A stretch of DNA of 64,000 bases. It comes from Eledone cirrhosa. Lineage: Eukaryota. Below, piece by piece: positions 29,873 through 44,889 of this stretch. The position numbers were made by a program, and so were the translations under genes. The notes under the pieces are model-generated. The model had not been told where the DNA came from. It searched no databases and saw only the letters and a list, made by a program, of their open reading frames with translations. Every line of letters starts with the position of its first letter. Within the stretch, counting starts at the first letter, position 1. The DNA lies in contig OZ024742.1 of NCBI GenBank assembly GCA_964016885.1, forward strand, positions 52,080,001 to 52,144,000, given 5' to 3'.

Positions 29873-32800
29873 TATCGGTTTCAACACACGTTTTCAGATA
29901 AATAATCTTGCTAACCAAATTCAGAAACGATATATATATATAGTCTGACAAATTTCATCAGTGGAACTATTATCCTGTTCCCTCCTATTGTATTGTATTG
30001 TAATGTATTGTAATGTTCACAAAAAATACATTGTAGGGTTATTATTCCTTTACCTGCTTAGGCATGAATCTTAATTCAATTCATAACTCTTGCTACTGGT
30101 GTTCATTCATTTCCTTATTCTGCAGTGAAATATTTTGATATTTCATAGAATAATGATCCTAGTCATAGGTACTCTGACGTAGACAGATTTGAATTATATT
30201 TACATATATCTATTTCACAATACATTATATCGTATATAATGTATTGTAAGATATTATAGAAGATATATAGCACTTTTACATTTTATCGAACTTTCTTTGT
30301 TGCTAATTTAATTTTGTTCCTTATAAAAGTTAAACAAACTTTTATGATACACTGTAAAATGTATTCCATTCTTCTCTCATATTCTATGTAAATATTAATA
30401 TTACGCTAATATTACATATAATAATATATGCGGATATTAAGATTTGTAGAATATATTTAAAACAGATTTTCAGTTTGCTGTATTCATTACATGTATGTAA
30501 TTTGATTGTCACATTATATTTGGCATGTTTCATTTCAAACATTTCCGTTTGAATTTAAAAGAAGAGAAATGTCTAATGCTAACACACAATGTTTATATAT
30601 TCGAAATGTATAAGCATTGGCACTCTTTTGTTGTGAGAAATATGTTAAATGCAGTTATGTTTTATGTTTCAGTCTACAGATTACGTCACCAGTTAGGCAA
30701 ACTGAAAATGTAATCATAATAAATACACAATGTTAGAGAAATTATAATTTATTAGGTCGCTAGTGATTTGCGCTTTTATAACATAACTATAGTAATCTAT
30801 TTGATTGGAGTCTTTCTATACTCAAAGCATTCTTTGTATATATGTATTAATATATAAATAATATACGTATTCTGCATTTTAATTTACATTGTATTGGTGT
30901 GTCTGTATAAAAGTGTAAGCTAGCGAAAATAAACATTACATACATAAATATTTATTCAGGTAGTAATGTTCACACACTTATCTTATATCTTACCCGCATT
31001 CGACTTCGATTGAAATCATTTTTAAAATCAGCATTTTCTTCTTTGTCACGGGTTCCATTTGGCATGAAGTATATTTTCACGAATTAAATTAGCATGCTCT
31101 GTTAAGAAAGCAAAATGCTTTCTTTATTATGCCATTTATATATGAGTTGGTGTAAGTAGAGTTGGTGACTTCTTATAAAAAAACAAAAAAAAACAAGGAG
31201 TGGCAAAATTATTGGGATGATCAGAAAAAAGAAAAAAAACATTACAAAGTGTGCCGTGCTAAATGCGTTCTGTCTTGAACTCAAATTCCATTATAGTTGA
31301 CTTAATTCTCGCTTAAGAACTGTACTCTGTCAAATTCTATGGCCAGAGTACATATGAGCAAATATCGCCCTGAGAATGATAAGCATTTTTGCGCAGCGAC
31401 TGCACAGATTATTATATCTTTAATCTACTGGAATTAACTCCGTTTGTTGCTGATGAAAATGAACCAATACAAATGTCCTTATGAACCCAAAATATAGTGT
31501 ATATAAAGGAAGACAATGCTGAGCTTGTTCTGCTGTGGATATCAGCCTGTATCACGAGACACTCTAATTGTTGTTAATGGTTTTAGAGACACCAGCTAAA
31601 TTTTCAGCAAATCACATTCTTCCGTCTTAATAACTAGAAGGATACTTTAGATTATGTAACACTAGATGCAATATATCTAAAATATGATATAGTCACAGCG
31701 GGACTATCGTTCGCCGTATACCTACTCGATCAAATTTCACATAATACAGAGTAACAACCGTATTACTGTTATATTTCAAGCTCGCCCAAATACAAAATAC
31801 TAACATCAAAACTAAAATAGGTTTATAATTCGGGTTTCTATTATTAGATAGATTTCTTTCCGTCATATAATCTGAATAATCATTACAACAAAAATACAAG
31901 AAATATATCAACCATCCTAAAAATTATTAAATAAAAGCAGTGTTCCATTAAAAGTCACTTTACTCGAAAATGCAAGCCGTTTTCCATGAGGAATTATTTC
32001 ATCTTTTTATAAACGTCAATGTTACTTGATTGGACGTTCGTAAATTCGGAGAATATTTTAGAGGAATATTTTACAAAAATATGCAAGCAAACATTCACTT
32101 CCTATCACATTGCGGCTGCAATATTTTATTTTGTATGGTCGTTTATTTGATCAACTTTACTAACATTGCAGTTTACTCATTCATAGATGTTATTGGGCAC
32201 ATTTGACCGCATATATGTTGATTGATTCCCTGAACAAGAAGATTTTGAGTAGTAATTCGAAGATCAATCATGCACGTATTTTCTATTATTCCCTAACATT
32301 TCCATGCATTTCATCTATTTCATATGACATTTACATAGTGAGAAGTTACATACCACAATCCAATAATTGAGAGCAAACTTCCACCAAGTTAATTTAGTTT
32401 TTATTTGATCAATCTTACAAGCAAGTGCTGCATCGCGATATCAACAGGCAGGCATATTATTTTGTGATCCTTTAATTCCGACATTCTTGTATGATGAATG
32501 ATTCGCAAATTCGTTCACTTTTCCTTTTCATGAGCAATTATTTCCTTTGAAGTTTTTCATCTAACATGTATTATATGTCTTGTCCGATTCATGATTGGAG
32601 CTTTCGCTTTCTGATACATCAAGCCGCATCAAATCATACTTTGGATTTCTGTTGTCATTTGTTCTCGTACTAAGATTATTCCAATACAGAAAGACCAATG
32701 TTAATTCGTGTAGATACAGCTCTTAATATATACATTTCAGTTTCTTGTAATGTGAGAATTAGATTTAATTTTAAAAGTAATATAAATATGTTTGCGATCT

Positions 32801-32981
32801 AATTGTCACTCGGTATGCGATGATAGATATATTATTTAAATTTAAATATGTAACTTTGTATGGATGCAAACGTAACTCCTAGAGACGGTCTTCATTATTT
32901 GGACCTGTTGGGGCTCATACCTCAACGGATCTGAACATATCCGATTTCTTCCAGTGAGCGAGAGAAAGAGAAGAGAGAGAG

Positions 32982-33029
<48 letters not shown>

Positions 33030-33164
33030 GAGAGTGAGTGAGAGAGAGAGAGAGAATGAGAGAGAGAGAGAGAAATAGAGAGAGAGAGAGGGAGAGGGAG
33101 AGGCAGAGAGCGAGAAAAAGAGTGAAAGAGAAACTGAAAGAAAGAAAGAAAAATCGACTTCAGT

Positions 33165-33295
33165 ATTGGATTACTTACCGTACTCAAAATGATAAAAGGC
33201 AATGTTGACATCGCTGGAATTCGAACTCTGAGCGCTGGAACAAATAATGCAGTATATTTAATTCGACACTTAATAAATCGCCAATTCGCTGCCAT
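33165..33295 (-). mobile_element. Degraded cephalopod SINE
   Basis: gataaaaggcaatgttgacatcgctggaattcgaactctga..cgccaattcgctgcc. Confidence 0.6.
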
Positions 33296-33671
33296 CATGA
33301 ATTCTACTACAAGACAATATAATCGACTTATACAACTACTAGTTACCTTGCCTTCCGAATGTCCCGCAATCAATCTATACTAATAGTGCTTTGCTAGTTT
33401 GAAAAGCATTAGTAATATACCAATGTTTACTGCTCCGAATGCGTAATATCATTTAGAGTATATGCCATCAATCAACTTATTTAAACTATAAAAGGTAAGA
33501 AAGTGTTTTTTAGTAAAATACAAATTTATTAATATTACATTAAGCAAAACGATGCAATTGTCAAACTCAATTAATATTATTACAACATAAATGTAAAATA
33601 CGTAGTATACTGTATGTCATGAGATATAAGACAGTGTAGTATTCGATATTCTGACATTCATTCCTTGGCAG

Positions 33672-33705
<34 letters not shown>

Positions 33706-34239
33706 TTCACACATACGCACGCACGCGCATGTATATACAGACGTTGTTATACGTATAACACATTTATATAATTGTTTGAAGATGAAATCTTAGAGGAACT
33801 GATATTTTAAAGATAATTTTTTCAAATTAAATATATTAAATTTAGATGATATTTATCATCTAACTTTCTTGAAATAGGATTGCGAATCATTTTAAATGCT
33901 TTCTGAGATATGATAATTCTTGTTGCTATTGAAGTTTTCCAAATTGTTGAAATGCATATCAAATTAAATTTAAAATGTACTTTTATGTTTGGCTATTTGA
34001 AATGCATGTAATACATCATCATCATCATGATCAGCATCACCATATTTTCTTCTTCTTCTTCTTCTTCTTCTTCTTCTTCTTCTTCTTCTTCTTCTTCTTC
34101 TTCTTCTTCTCCTCCTCCTCCTCCACCTCCTTTTTCTTCTTTTTCATCTCCTTCTTCTTCTTCTCCTCCTCATCCTCTTTCTTCTTCTTCTTTTTCTTCT
34201 TTTTCATCTGCTTATTCTACGGAGAAGTAACGGCTCTAC

Positions 34240-34745
34240 CTGGAGCGACTCTCTAATCTCCGAGCTATCCACTTTATCGAGTAACGTTAATGAAAAGGCT
34301 CTTCGGAGGAACCCCATTTCGGCCGCTTGTATTCGCGATACCTTTAGACAATACCCATGATTCATGACCATAGGTTGGTACGAATACCGAGTTGACGATA
34401 ACGAATTTGGCTTTTACGCCATCCCCTTCTTCTGATGATCGATGCATGTCGGAAATCACTTTCTGGCGAGTCACATGTTACCAACTCATCTGCAATTTCC
34501 AGTCGATTGAACTTACACTCACCAATCTCGATACAAGTCGATACCGGCTATGCATGTCAATTTTGTCCATGGATATTATGAGCAAGAGCGATGCAAGTAA
34601 GCACCCTTGGCAGAGTTGAGCTACACCTACCAGTTTTGGGGCACACTCTTGGCTTTAGGTAGTCTCGTATTGCAAATAGCTAGCTGGTGATGAGTTGACA
34701 ACTCTGTTCCTCTCTTTACACGAATATCCAGCACGGAATCGAAGA
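34240..34745 (-). mobile_element. RTE-clade LINE RT fragment
   Basis: QGCLLASLLLIISMDK, SVFVPTYGHESWVL, AAEMGFLRR. Confidence 0.8.
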
Positions 34746-35266
34746 CATTAGAAACAATAACAAAATCAATTATTTACCTCTGTCCCCAATTCCTTTCTAC
34801 CCTGTTTATTTATGGATGCTATTGTGCTGGGAAAAGATGTTCATAATAAAGAACACGTTGCTGAACAGAAATTTAAGGCCTCTACATTCGTAGTTACATC
34901 GAGATCACCGTTCATTCCAATCACTCCTTTCTATGTATAGTAGTCAGAGCCAACATATGCATTGATGTCTCATAGAAATATGACTACAGATTATTTCATC
35001 GAGTAAGCATCTGTATTCAGTCTCTCTGTTTAGTGTATAAACATTAAGAAGCAAATCTCCCCTCCGAATGGGATCCAGTCCATAACATATTCTGAAAGCA
35101 CGAGTATTGTGAGTATCCCCACTCCCTCTGGTGCAGTGTTGTCTAGCGCCACACTTGAACAGTGGATCTCCATATAATCTCCAGCTCATAGATATCATGT
35201 GTAATGTCACGGGTTTTAACGGTGCATCCACAAAAAGCGTCTTATTTCTCCTTACTTTCTATCCCA

Positions 35267-35348
<82 letters not shown>

Positions 35349-36211
35349 TTCTCTCTCTCTCTATTGCTTTTTCTCTCTCCTCCAAGCTCGTAATTCTGCT
35401 ACCGCTGGTTTCGATTAGGCTTCATTAATGACATTTTTACTATCATTTCTAAGGTTTCAGACATGATTTTAGGTATGTGATGTTCCATTTCTTAATTGAT
35501 ATTCTACATAAAATTGTCAACCACTAGAAATATGGAAATGTTTTTAAGGATGTTTCCATGATCATAGTTATCGAAATATGCTCCAATTATGAATGGTGAA
35601 AAATGTCCTTTCAACATCACTAAACTCGAATAAAATTAATATCGTGTATACTATCCTTGCTACTCACGAATAATACATAACTCAACTTCGCTACCAACTA
35701 CTTGCCTTGTTGACTTCACATAGAGTGATTTGAATTTCTGCTTTTCCTACTTCAGCACTACGATCCCGCTGTGTTGAGTGATCCACTGCTCAGTAGACTG
35801 AATGTGTAACGGGTCGGTAGGAATCTACTGAAGGCTTTCGGCATACATAGTATGGGAACAGATTTATTTCGCTCCCACTGATTTCTTAAAAAATTGCATA
35901 CATATTTTCTCTCTCGGCCGAGAGTAATATTTCCTGAAGTCATGGAGAGGCTTCTGAGAAAATGTACAAAGTTTGTTGAAAGGTAAGAGAACGCTCTCAA
36001 GTTATTTGCTGATCACTATTGTTGTTGTATAGGCAGTGTAAATTGCCAGAGTCAATGGAAAGTCAGATAGAATATTTTGCGATATTTGTTCAGGCCCTCT
36101 GTGCTCTGAGTTCGAATCCGGCCAAGATAAATTTCACTTTTCATCATTTTGAGTTTGTTAAAAAAAGTACCGCTCCAGTCCACGCTTCCATTATTCCTCT
36201 ATATAACACTT

Positions 36212-36243
<32 letters not shown>

Positions 36244-37812
36244 CTCTCTCTCTCTCTCTCTCCATATCTCTCTCTCTCTTTCTATCTCTCTCTCTTTCTA
36301 TCTATCTATCTCTCCAAGAAACTGAATTTGTTCAGTCCAGGATATGGATGGACTCCATTAGGTTTAAGTGCCTAAGAAATGCCGTATGTGACTACTGCTT
36401 CCCCTACAATACCATCAAGTGTTGTATGCCCGTGTATACATTGTGGTGCTAAAAAATTAAAAAGACTAATTAGGAAAATATAAAATGGTGTAAACACTTT
36501 GAGGTAAACATAAAGCGAAGGGATCATGGTTAACACAATTAAAACGACGGATCTACTTATCATTCAAATAAGATTATTCATCCTCAAGACTAGAAAATCT
36601 TCAACTCTCGTGATGCAAGGGAAACTAATTTACCTGCCAACACAATGTTACAGTTCGTGTACTTCATTATAATTGATTTCACTATGTTCTTATGATTTGG
36701 TAATCCTAGGATTTACTAATAAACATACACACGCAAATATATAAAAAGACCCTTCGACGTCACAACATATTTTACCAGCAAGTGAATTCAGCTAAACTTT
36801 CTATCCGGCGTTCCAATAACTCTGCTACCCTACCGCTTTGGTTAAAATTACATTAAATAAAACAACAAAATACGGGAATTAACTCTGAATAAAATGCAAA
36901 ACACTAAAAAGATTACTGATTCCTATTCAGTGAATTGCAATAAATACTAAAATAAACATGTTTTAGACATTTACAGAATAACATTGATTAAATAATATAG
37001 ACAGGTTTCACTAAGAAAAAAGAAGAACAATCACAATAACAAATAAATAAATATTATAACATAATTTGTACATATAATTTAATTTAACTCAAATTTCTTT
37101 GAACTTTGTTTCGTAACAAAGTTATATTTTTAGTTTATTGAGTAATAATGGTTTCTGCGTCAGATTGAATGATTTGCGCTATTCGTTCCGGCACTCTACG
37201 CTCTCTAAGTTCAAATTCCACCGAAATCCTCATTGCCTTTTATATTTTTGATGTAAATAAATCCATTAATGTGATCAGATCTTCCTCTCTATCTCTTTTT
37301 CACTCACTCTCTCCCGTCTTTCTCTTTCTCTCGTTCAATGGTAGAAATCAGATGCCGTCATACATAGGTGCTGTTTTGATGTTATATATATGAGTTACAG
37401 GTCCATACATGAGAAATTGTATCTAATTTAATCACAAGGGCAACCATTTTGTGGGGAAGGAGAAAATCGATGATAACCTCAGTACTTTAATATTACTTTA
37501 TTTTATCAATCTCAAAAAATAAAAGGCAGAATTCATCTCAGAACATAGACAGCTGTAACAAAACACTGCAACGATTCTACCAATCCACCGCACCATATTA
37601 TTCTTTCATATGAATTTGAAATAGTAATAAATAATTATAGTATAATTTCTCATAAGCAGAAAATTAAGCAGGTAGTATATATCTTTAAAGCACAATGATA
37701 TTTCCTACTAAGAATTTAAATTACTTAATGTATAGAGAGTTGAAATGAATCAAATTAATGTAACAATACGCATGAAGACTATTTGGTATGCATTAATATT
37801 TAGAGATACTTA

Positions 37813-37996
37813 GGGCGGTGAATTGGCAGTATCGGTAGAGGGTCGGACGCCATGCTTTCCAGCATAGTTACGTCCCTTTACGATCTGAGTTCAAATCCCG
37901 CCGAGGTTGACTTTGCCTTTCATCCTTACGGGGTCGATAAAATAAGTACCAGTAATGCACTGGATAATTGCTGGCCTTGTGCCTAAAGTAGAAACA
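37813..37996 (+). mobile_element. Full-length cephalopod SINE with perfect 21-bp TSD
   Basis: attaatatttagagatactta at 37792-37812 and 37997-38017. A/B-box-like tggcagtatcggta and gagttcaaatccc. Confidence 0.92.
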
Positions 37997-38013
37997 ATTA
38001 ATATTTAGAGATA

Positions 38014-38059
<46 letters not shown>

Positions 38060-38062
<3 letters not shown>

Positions 38063-38207
38063 GTGGAACACTGGAAGGTAATATCCGTAGTGGTAGAGCA
38101 CTCAGTCCAATGAACGAGTTAGGTAGAAGTGGTTACACAACAGTTAGTTCACCATACAGAGAACAATTGTTTCACCTTCGCGGATCTTCAGCTGTTGTGT
38201 AACCACT

Positions 38208-38208
<1 letters not shown>
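38060..38208 (-). mobile_element. Solo PLE pseudo-LTR end with hammerhead (38155-38194) and 17-bp fold-back
   Basis: Minus strand reads CTGAAGA-T-CC-GCGAA-GG-T-GAAAC-AATT-GTT^CTC. Nearly identical to 52231-52434. (TA)n flanks. Confidence 0.82.
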
Positions 38209-38242
<34 letters not shown>

Positions 38243-38366
38243 ATATGGAGAGAGAGAGAGAGAGAGGGAAAGAGAGAGAGAGAGAGAGTGTGTGTGTGTG
38301 TGTGAGGGTGAGAAAGAGAGAGAGAATTAAAATTTAGCTCCGATATGGCCCTATACATACAGGTAT

Positions 38367-38661
38367 GTGAATTTGTATATTTAAAGATAAACGGTATGTT
38401 TAATAAATAAACATTTGGAAAGACTAGCTATGAATATTGGAAGACTGACAGCTAGCGACGTCAAGCGGATTCTGGGAGAAGCAACGTGTAACAATTGTTT
38501 ATACGTATTTCAAGCTCTGACAATTATCAGAATAGTGCTTTCCCTGCTCTCTGTTGGAACATGAAACAGGTGAAAATATATAGGTTTTGAATATTCATAG
38601 GTAGACTTTCAAAATGTTTATTTATTAAATATACTGTATATCTTTAGTCAAACGAAATTCA
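38367..38661. repeat. MITE-like / fold-back element with ~70 bp imperfect inverted ends
   Basis: aaagataaacggtatgtttaataaataaacattt..atgaatatt versus aatattcat..aaatgtttatttattaaatatactgtatatcttt. Confidence 0.75.
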
Positions 38662-38763
38662 CATTCATATATATATATATATATATAAATATATATTAGA
38701 AAGTGAGGTTTTTTTTACAAAATGAAAAATAACCGAGGTGTCCTACACGAGTGGAAGTATAAA

Positions 38764-39015
<252 letters not shown>

Positions 39016-39131
39016 ATAATAATAAATGTGAAGATTAAATTCTAAAGAGGGCTCGATAAGAATAAGTATATATCAAATAAATAAGAACTCTAGAGCAAAT
39101 ATTTATCTAGAGCAAATATGTATAGAATCGA

Positions 39132-39226
39132 GACGTATCTGACGACCGTGTTGATTTCAGTGTCAGGTGTGATCACCATATCGATCGTGCCTCGAGCTGG
39201 TCGGCCGAGAAACATTTGTAAAAGTC
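39132..39226 (+). ncRNA. Degenerate hammerhead with ~60 nt stem II region in a solo pseudo-LTR end
   Basis: CTGACGA..GAAACA-TT-TGTA^AAAGTC, then AATAAA and a tail into (TA)n. Stem I is only partly paired. Confidence 0.55.
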
Positions 39227-39282
39227 CAATAAATTCCTTTCGTCGCAACACTGATTCTCTTTTTTCTGTGATATATATATAT

Positions 39283-40192
39283 AGTAATAATAATAAATAT
39301 GAAGATTAAATTCCAAAGAGGGCTCGATAAGGTGAAATATATATCAAATATATAAGAAGCGTAGACAAATAATTATTAAAATAACAGATTAAATGATAAG
39401 CAAAGAATCGCTGCTTTCACCCTTAACGAGATCTTTTGAAACTAAAAAAGTCAATTTGTGAACCGGAGGAAGACAGGAAGACGATACTTTGGTTCGTGGA
39501 AACGTTCCCTGGCAAAGAACGGGAAAAAAACGAAGATAATACGTCATTATGTGGAACGTCGAGAACAATTGCACGCAAAGACAAAACCACGTAAATGGTA
39601 TAACTGAAGTCCTAGACTAAAATTCTAACTAGGAAACCGAATGATTCTCGGTTTCAGAGTTAAGAATAAAATACAGACGTAATTGAAATTAAATAAATAC
39701 ATACACGCATCCATATACGTACATACACAAGCATACGCGAAAACACTCGCCATAGGTATACAAATACAAGCACGTACACAAAAAAACCCGCACGCAAATA
39801 CAGAACCCACGCAACGCCTGTACCCGCACACATACGAATGTATACACCAAATACACATAAAAATATATATAAAAATAGATATATACATATATATGTGTGT
39901 CTGTGTGCTTGTATACATATAATTAAATAAACGTATATAAATAAATAAATACGTATATAACGCGCGCGCACACATACCGACATGTAAATACACATATGTT
40001 CGCAGACGTACGTCGACCAAAACACAAAGTGCACATATAAACACACCCTACATAAGTACGAACCCGCATACCCACACAGCCGCACCGTGTTTTGAAAGAT
40101 TTACTTCTGCGTTCACAGATTGATTTTTTTAGTTTCAGAAGATCCTGTTAAAGGTGAAAGCAGCGATTCTTTGCTTAAACTGTAATCTGTTA

Positions 40193-40200
<8 letters not shown>
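39283..40200. mobile_element. Longer non-coding member of the CAGAAGA-HHR fold-back family
   Basis: Inverted HHR-bearing arms at ~39375-39460 (degenerate) and ~40115-40200. The interior has no coding remnant I can recognise. Confidence 0.8.
40115..40190 (+). ncRNA. Hammerhead-like motif with CAGAAGA core
   Basis: AGTTT-CAGAAGA-T-CCT-GTTAA-AGG-T-GAAAGCA..TGCTT^AAACT. Stem II covaries relative to the 18741 copy (CCC/GGG versus CCT/AGG). Confidence 0.72.
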
Positions 40201-40252
<52 letters not shown>

Positions 40253-40589
40253 GGTATCCACAGTAAGTCTATTCTGAATGAAGAACTCGATGTAATCCAT
40301 ATGTTGAAAATGTTGTAGGTTAAGATAAATCTCGGAAAACAATAAAACATTAAAAGGAAAACAGAGTCATGATATAAGTTAAAACAATGAAATAAAAAAT
40401 CAAGTCATTAGAGATATACTTCACTGCTTTACGATCGTTTGTAGATGATGATAATACATTGTAGCTAAACTCCGTTATTGATCTATGTAAGGGTAGTTAC
40501 AAAATATCAGATAAAGAGAATATTTACATACATGCATATCACCAGCTGTTTTCAAAAGCAATAATAATTTTATTCAATAATAATTTTAT

Positions 40590-42540
40590 TCCACTATGGG
40601 ATAACACTTTCCAAGTTATTGAATGGTTCACTAGCATTGGGAATAAAAACTCAGCTTCATTCATTCAATTCGACATCGATTCTTACTATTCTTCGATTTC
40701 TCCAATTCTTTTAAACAAAGCACTGATCTTTGCCAGAAATAGATCGGATTTATCAACATCATATCTCACGCTAGAAAAACCTTACTAAACTTCCAAGAAG
40801 AATACTGGACAAGAAACGCATATAACAACTTATTCGATATTACGATGGGATCCATGGACTCTGCTCAAGTTACAGAGCTCGTTGACTATTTCTCCTCTAT
40901 TACATTTATGACTATTTTCCCCACCTCAAAGGTGGTCTTTATCGGGATGATTGTCTACTGTTATCTAACAATCTTAGCAATTCCAATATAGAGAAAAACA
41001 AAAAACAAATTAGAAAATTCCTCAAGCACGATTAGAGCCTTAGCATCACTTTGAAAACACTTCAAAAGTAGCTAATTATGTTGACGTTACTTTAGACCTC
41101 TCTACGAATACTTATCAACCTTACTACAAACCTAACCAGAATCTACATTATGTACATTCACGATCTAACTACCCTGGCTCTATACTCAAGAACTTAGTAT
41201 ATAACATATCTCTTAGACTTTCTAAATTATCTTCCAATGAAGATATATTTTATAATAATGCACTCTTCTACAACGAGGCCTTAACTAGAAGTGGATATAA
41301 AGAAAAAATATCATATATCCCCAACACTACTATGCACCAAAACATAAAACCTAGCAAAAACTACAAACACCAAAAAATACCATTGAAACAAATACCTAAA
41401 GTGGGTATTCCTATTACACCAAACAACCGAAAAACCACAACAACTATTACTACACGATCTATGACCAATGTTATCCACCCACATATGAATACCAAGCACT
41501 CAAAATCTCATAATCTACCTAAAAATAACACCAAACACAACCACGGTAATTTACCAAATTCCACTAATAAGGGTACTAACCATAGGAATTCTTCTAGAAC
41601 ACAACACAATAATATAAGTGGTAATAAGAACTTAACTAAAAACCGCAAAAGAAACATAACATGGTACAACGCAGCCTTCAACCTGCAAACTATTGGACAA
41701 ATCCCCAAAATATTCTTTGAAATTGTACATAAACATTTTCCACCAAACCACAGATACCACCAAATATTTAACAAATATACTGTTAAATTCTCATACTCTA
41801 CATCAAGCAATCTCCAGCAAAAAATAAGCAACTACAACATTTATAAACTTAAAAATAATATGACTACATCACCACAACATAATTTAAATAGAACTGCACC
41901 TTTTAAAAAGGCAAATAATACAATCCTTCAACCTAGAAAACACAACCACCCAAATCACCAACACAAAAACAACAGAACACAAAATCACAATACAACCCTA
42001 GCACCAACCACCCACAAAGCAACCTTCATTCTCCTGCTATCATTAATTACAATAGGAATAGCTCAAGGATTAATGAGAATAGTATAGGCACCCCCAACAA
42101 CCATCTTACGTATGGCAGTAATTGCATAAATAGAACCATTTGCCCCTTAATTGGCAACTGTTTGATTAATAATGTAATATATAAATGCACTGTGTCTACT
42201 ACAGACTCCAACAAAACATATATAGGATCTACATCAAACACATTTAGGAAAATATTTTATGCACACTCTAGTAGTTTCAACAATACTAAACTAGCTAACA
42301 CCACATCTTTAGCTGAAGCGGTAAATAATTATAAAAAGAAAAAATAGATTTCAAGTTATCGTGGAACACCATTCTACAAAGAACACCATATCTTGGGAAC
42401 AGGAGGGAATGCAGATTATGTTCAGGGGAGATCTTGGAAATTACTAAATCTCGGACGATTAATTAAATAAAAGGCAGGAACTGATCATAGTTTGTAATCA
42501 CCGTATACGAAGAACTTTTCAATATTATAAACCTAATTAA
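40590..42540 (+). pseudogene. Frameshifted PLE RT + GIY-YIG ORF
   Basis: FDIDSYYSSISP, LFDITMGS, GGLYRDDCLL, RKRNITWYNAAFN, NCINRTICPL and YIGSTSNTF. Close paralogue of 52660-54558. Confidence 0.92.
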
Positions 42541-42871
42541 ATACTATAAACCTAATTAATATTCTAAATAGCAACTCACTATAATTATATATAGAGTAAC
42601 ATTTATTAGTACCCCTTTCCCCTAATTATATGCATTCATGCTTATTTTGTTACCTTTTAATGTTTTAGCTTCCTTAGGTTTATGCGTTAATGACTAAAGG
42701 CAACAAGGTACACAACCATCCATAATTGCATGAGTAAATATATATGTATGTATGATATGGAAATATATTTATGTATGTGTATATATATATATATATATAT
42801 ATTTATGTATGTCTAAATATGTATGTATATATATATATATATGTATATATATGTGTGTCTGTGCATGTGTG

Positions 42872-42928
<57 letters not shown>

Positions 42929-42940
42929 TTAATATAGATG

Positions 42941-42991
42941 AGATTCTACAGGACTAGAACTGTTTCATTCTTTAGAAATCATCAGGAATCT
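42941..42991 (-). ncRNA. Complete type-I hammerhead (sense-arm copy at 48129-48179 has CTAATGA)
   Basis: AGATTC-CTGATGA-TTTC-TAAA-GAAT-GAAACAG-TTCTAGTC-CTGTA^-GAATCT. Confidence 0.87.
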
Positions 42992-43581
42992 GGGTATCAA
43001 AAAATAAGTATGGTATTTATAGGTCTCTACAAGTGGTAGGAGAGGGTGGGGAGTGGGATGGGTGTAGGTCATTGGTTGATAGAAAAGGGAATTCATTAAA
43101 AGCTAATTCTACAAAGCAAGTTTATTTTTATTTTTATTTATATTTATTTTTGTTTTTAGAGTAACAAGGGCAGACAGAATTCTATAAACAGGTTCCGGAT
43201 GGCATACCATTCCTTGTCATTAAGTTTCTCTTAAGCTAACAGATGTCTATAAAATCAGTGGGGGTCAGTCATGGTAGATAGATTTAAAGGAAAGGGAGAT
43301 TCTTTAAAAGCTAAAATCATTAAGGTTCTACTAAGTAACAAAGGTTTAGAGAATTATGTAGACAAATTCAAAATATTGAGTGCATATCTTACAATTATCC
43401 TCAAATTTCTCTTAAACTATTCAACTATATGCCAGAAATCAACAGACACATTCACAAAACACACTCACTCACACACTCACGCGCAACCATAAACACACAT
43501 ACACATACACATATACACACATAAAAACACACACACACATATAAATATATTTATATATATATATATATATACACATGTGTA

Positions 43582-43649
<68 letters not shown>

Positions 43650-43698
43650 TACATACACACATATATAAATACACATGTGTATATATATATATATACAC

Positions 43699-43739
<41 letters not shown>

Positions 43740-43802
43740 CATACATACACACATACATATACACACGTGTATATATACATATATATATATATATACACAT
43801 AT

Positions 43803-43835
<33 letters not shown>

Positions 43836-43878
43836 AACATACACATACATACACACACATACACACACACATACATAC

Positions 43879-43909
<31 letters not shown>

Positions 43910-44079
43910 TATATACACATATATAAGGAAAAATTGAACGGGAACAAAACAGAACATATATATATACACACACATACACCATACATACATATATTTATAT
44001 ATATATATATAGAGATACACCATTCATACATATATTCATATATATAAATATACACATATGCATATACATACATATATAC

Positions 44080-44110
<31 letters not shown>

Positions 44111-44205
44111 CACACACACATACACAGACACACACACACACACATATACGTACACACATATATATATATATACAAACACACACATATATATACATACACA
44201 TACAC

Positions 44206-44266
<61 letters not shown>

Positions 44267-44267
44267 T

Positions 44268-44310
<43 letters not shown>

Positions 44311-44405
44311 TATACATACATACACACATATACATACATATATACATACACACATACATACACACATACATACATATATACATATATATACACACTCACA
44401 ACACA

Positions 44406-44444
<39 letters not shown>

Positions 44445-44889
44445 GCACACACACACATGTATATACACACACACACACGCATATACATATATATATACAT
44501 ATATACATACATATATATATAGAGATATGTACATATATATACACATATATATACATATACATATATATACATATACATATATATACAAATATATACACAT
44601 ACATACACACACATATACATACATACATATACATACATATACACACACACACACATATACACACATATACATATATATACACACATACACATACATACAC
44701 ACACATACATATATATATATATACACATATACACACATATATATACATACACATACATATACACACATACACACAAATATATACACATACAAATAAATAA
44801 GTACTCAATAAATATACGCATATACGCAGGCACATAAAAACACCTCTACAGGCAGAAAATGTAGATAGGTAAGAGGTACTCATTCTTCT

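Noticed and set aside
37813-37900. tRNA gene
   Set aside because: A/B-box-like motifs are too widely spaced, no cloverleaf forms, and the sequence is the head of a multi-copy SINE with a TSD.
43271-43492. Duplicated 73-aa ORF (also 47631-47852) as a small gene
   Set aside because: The duplication is explained by the inverted arms and there is no recognisable motif.
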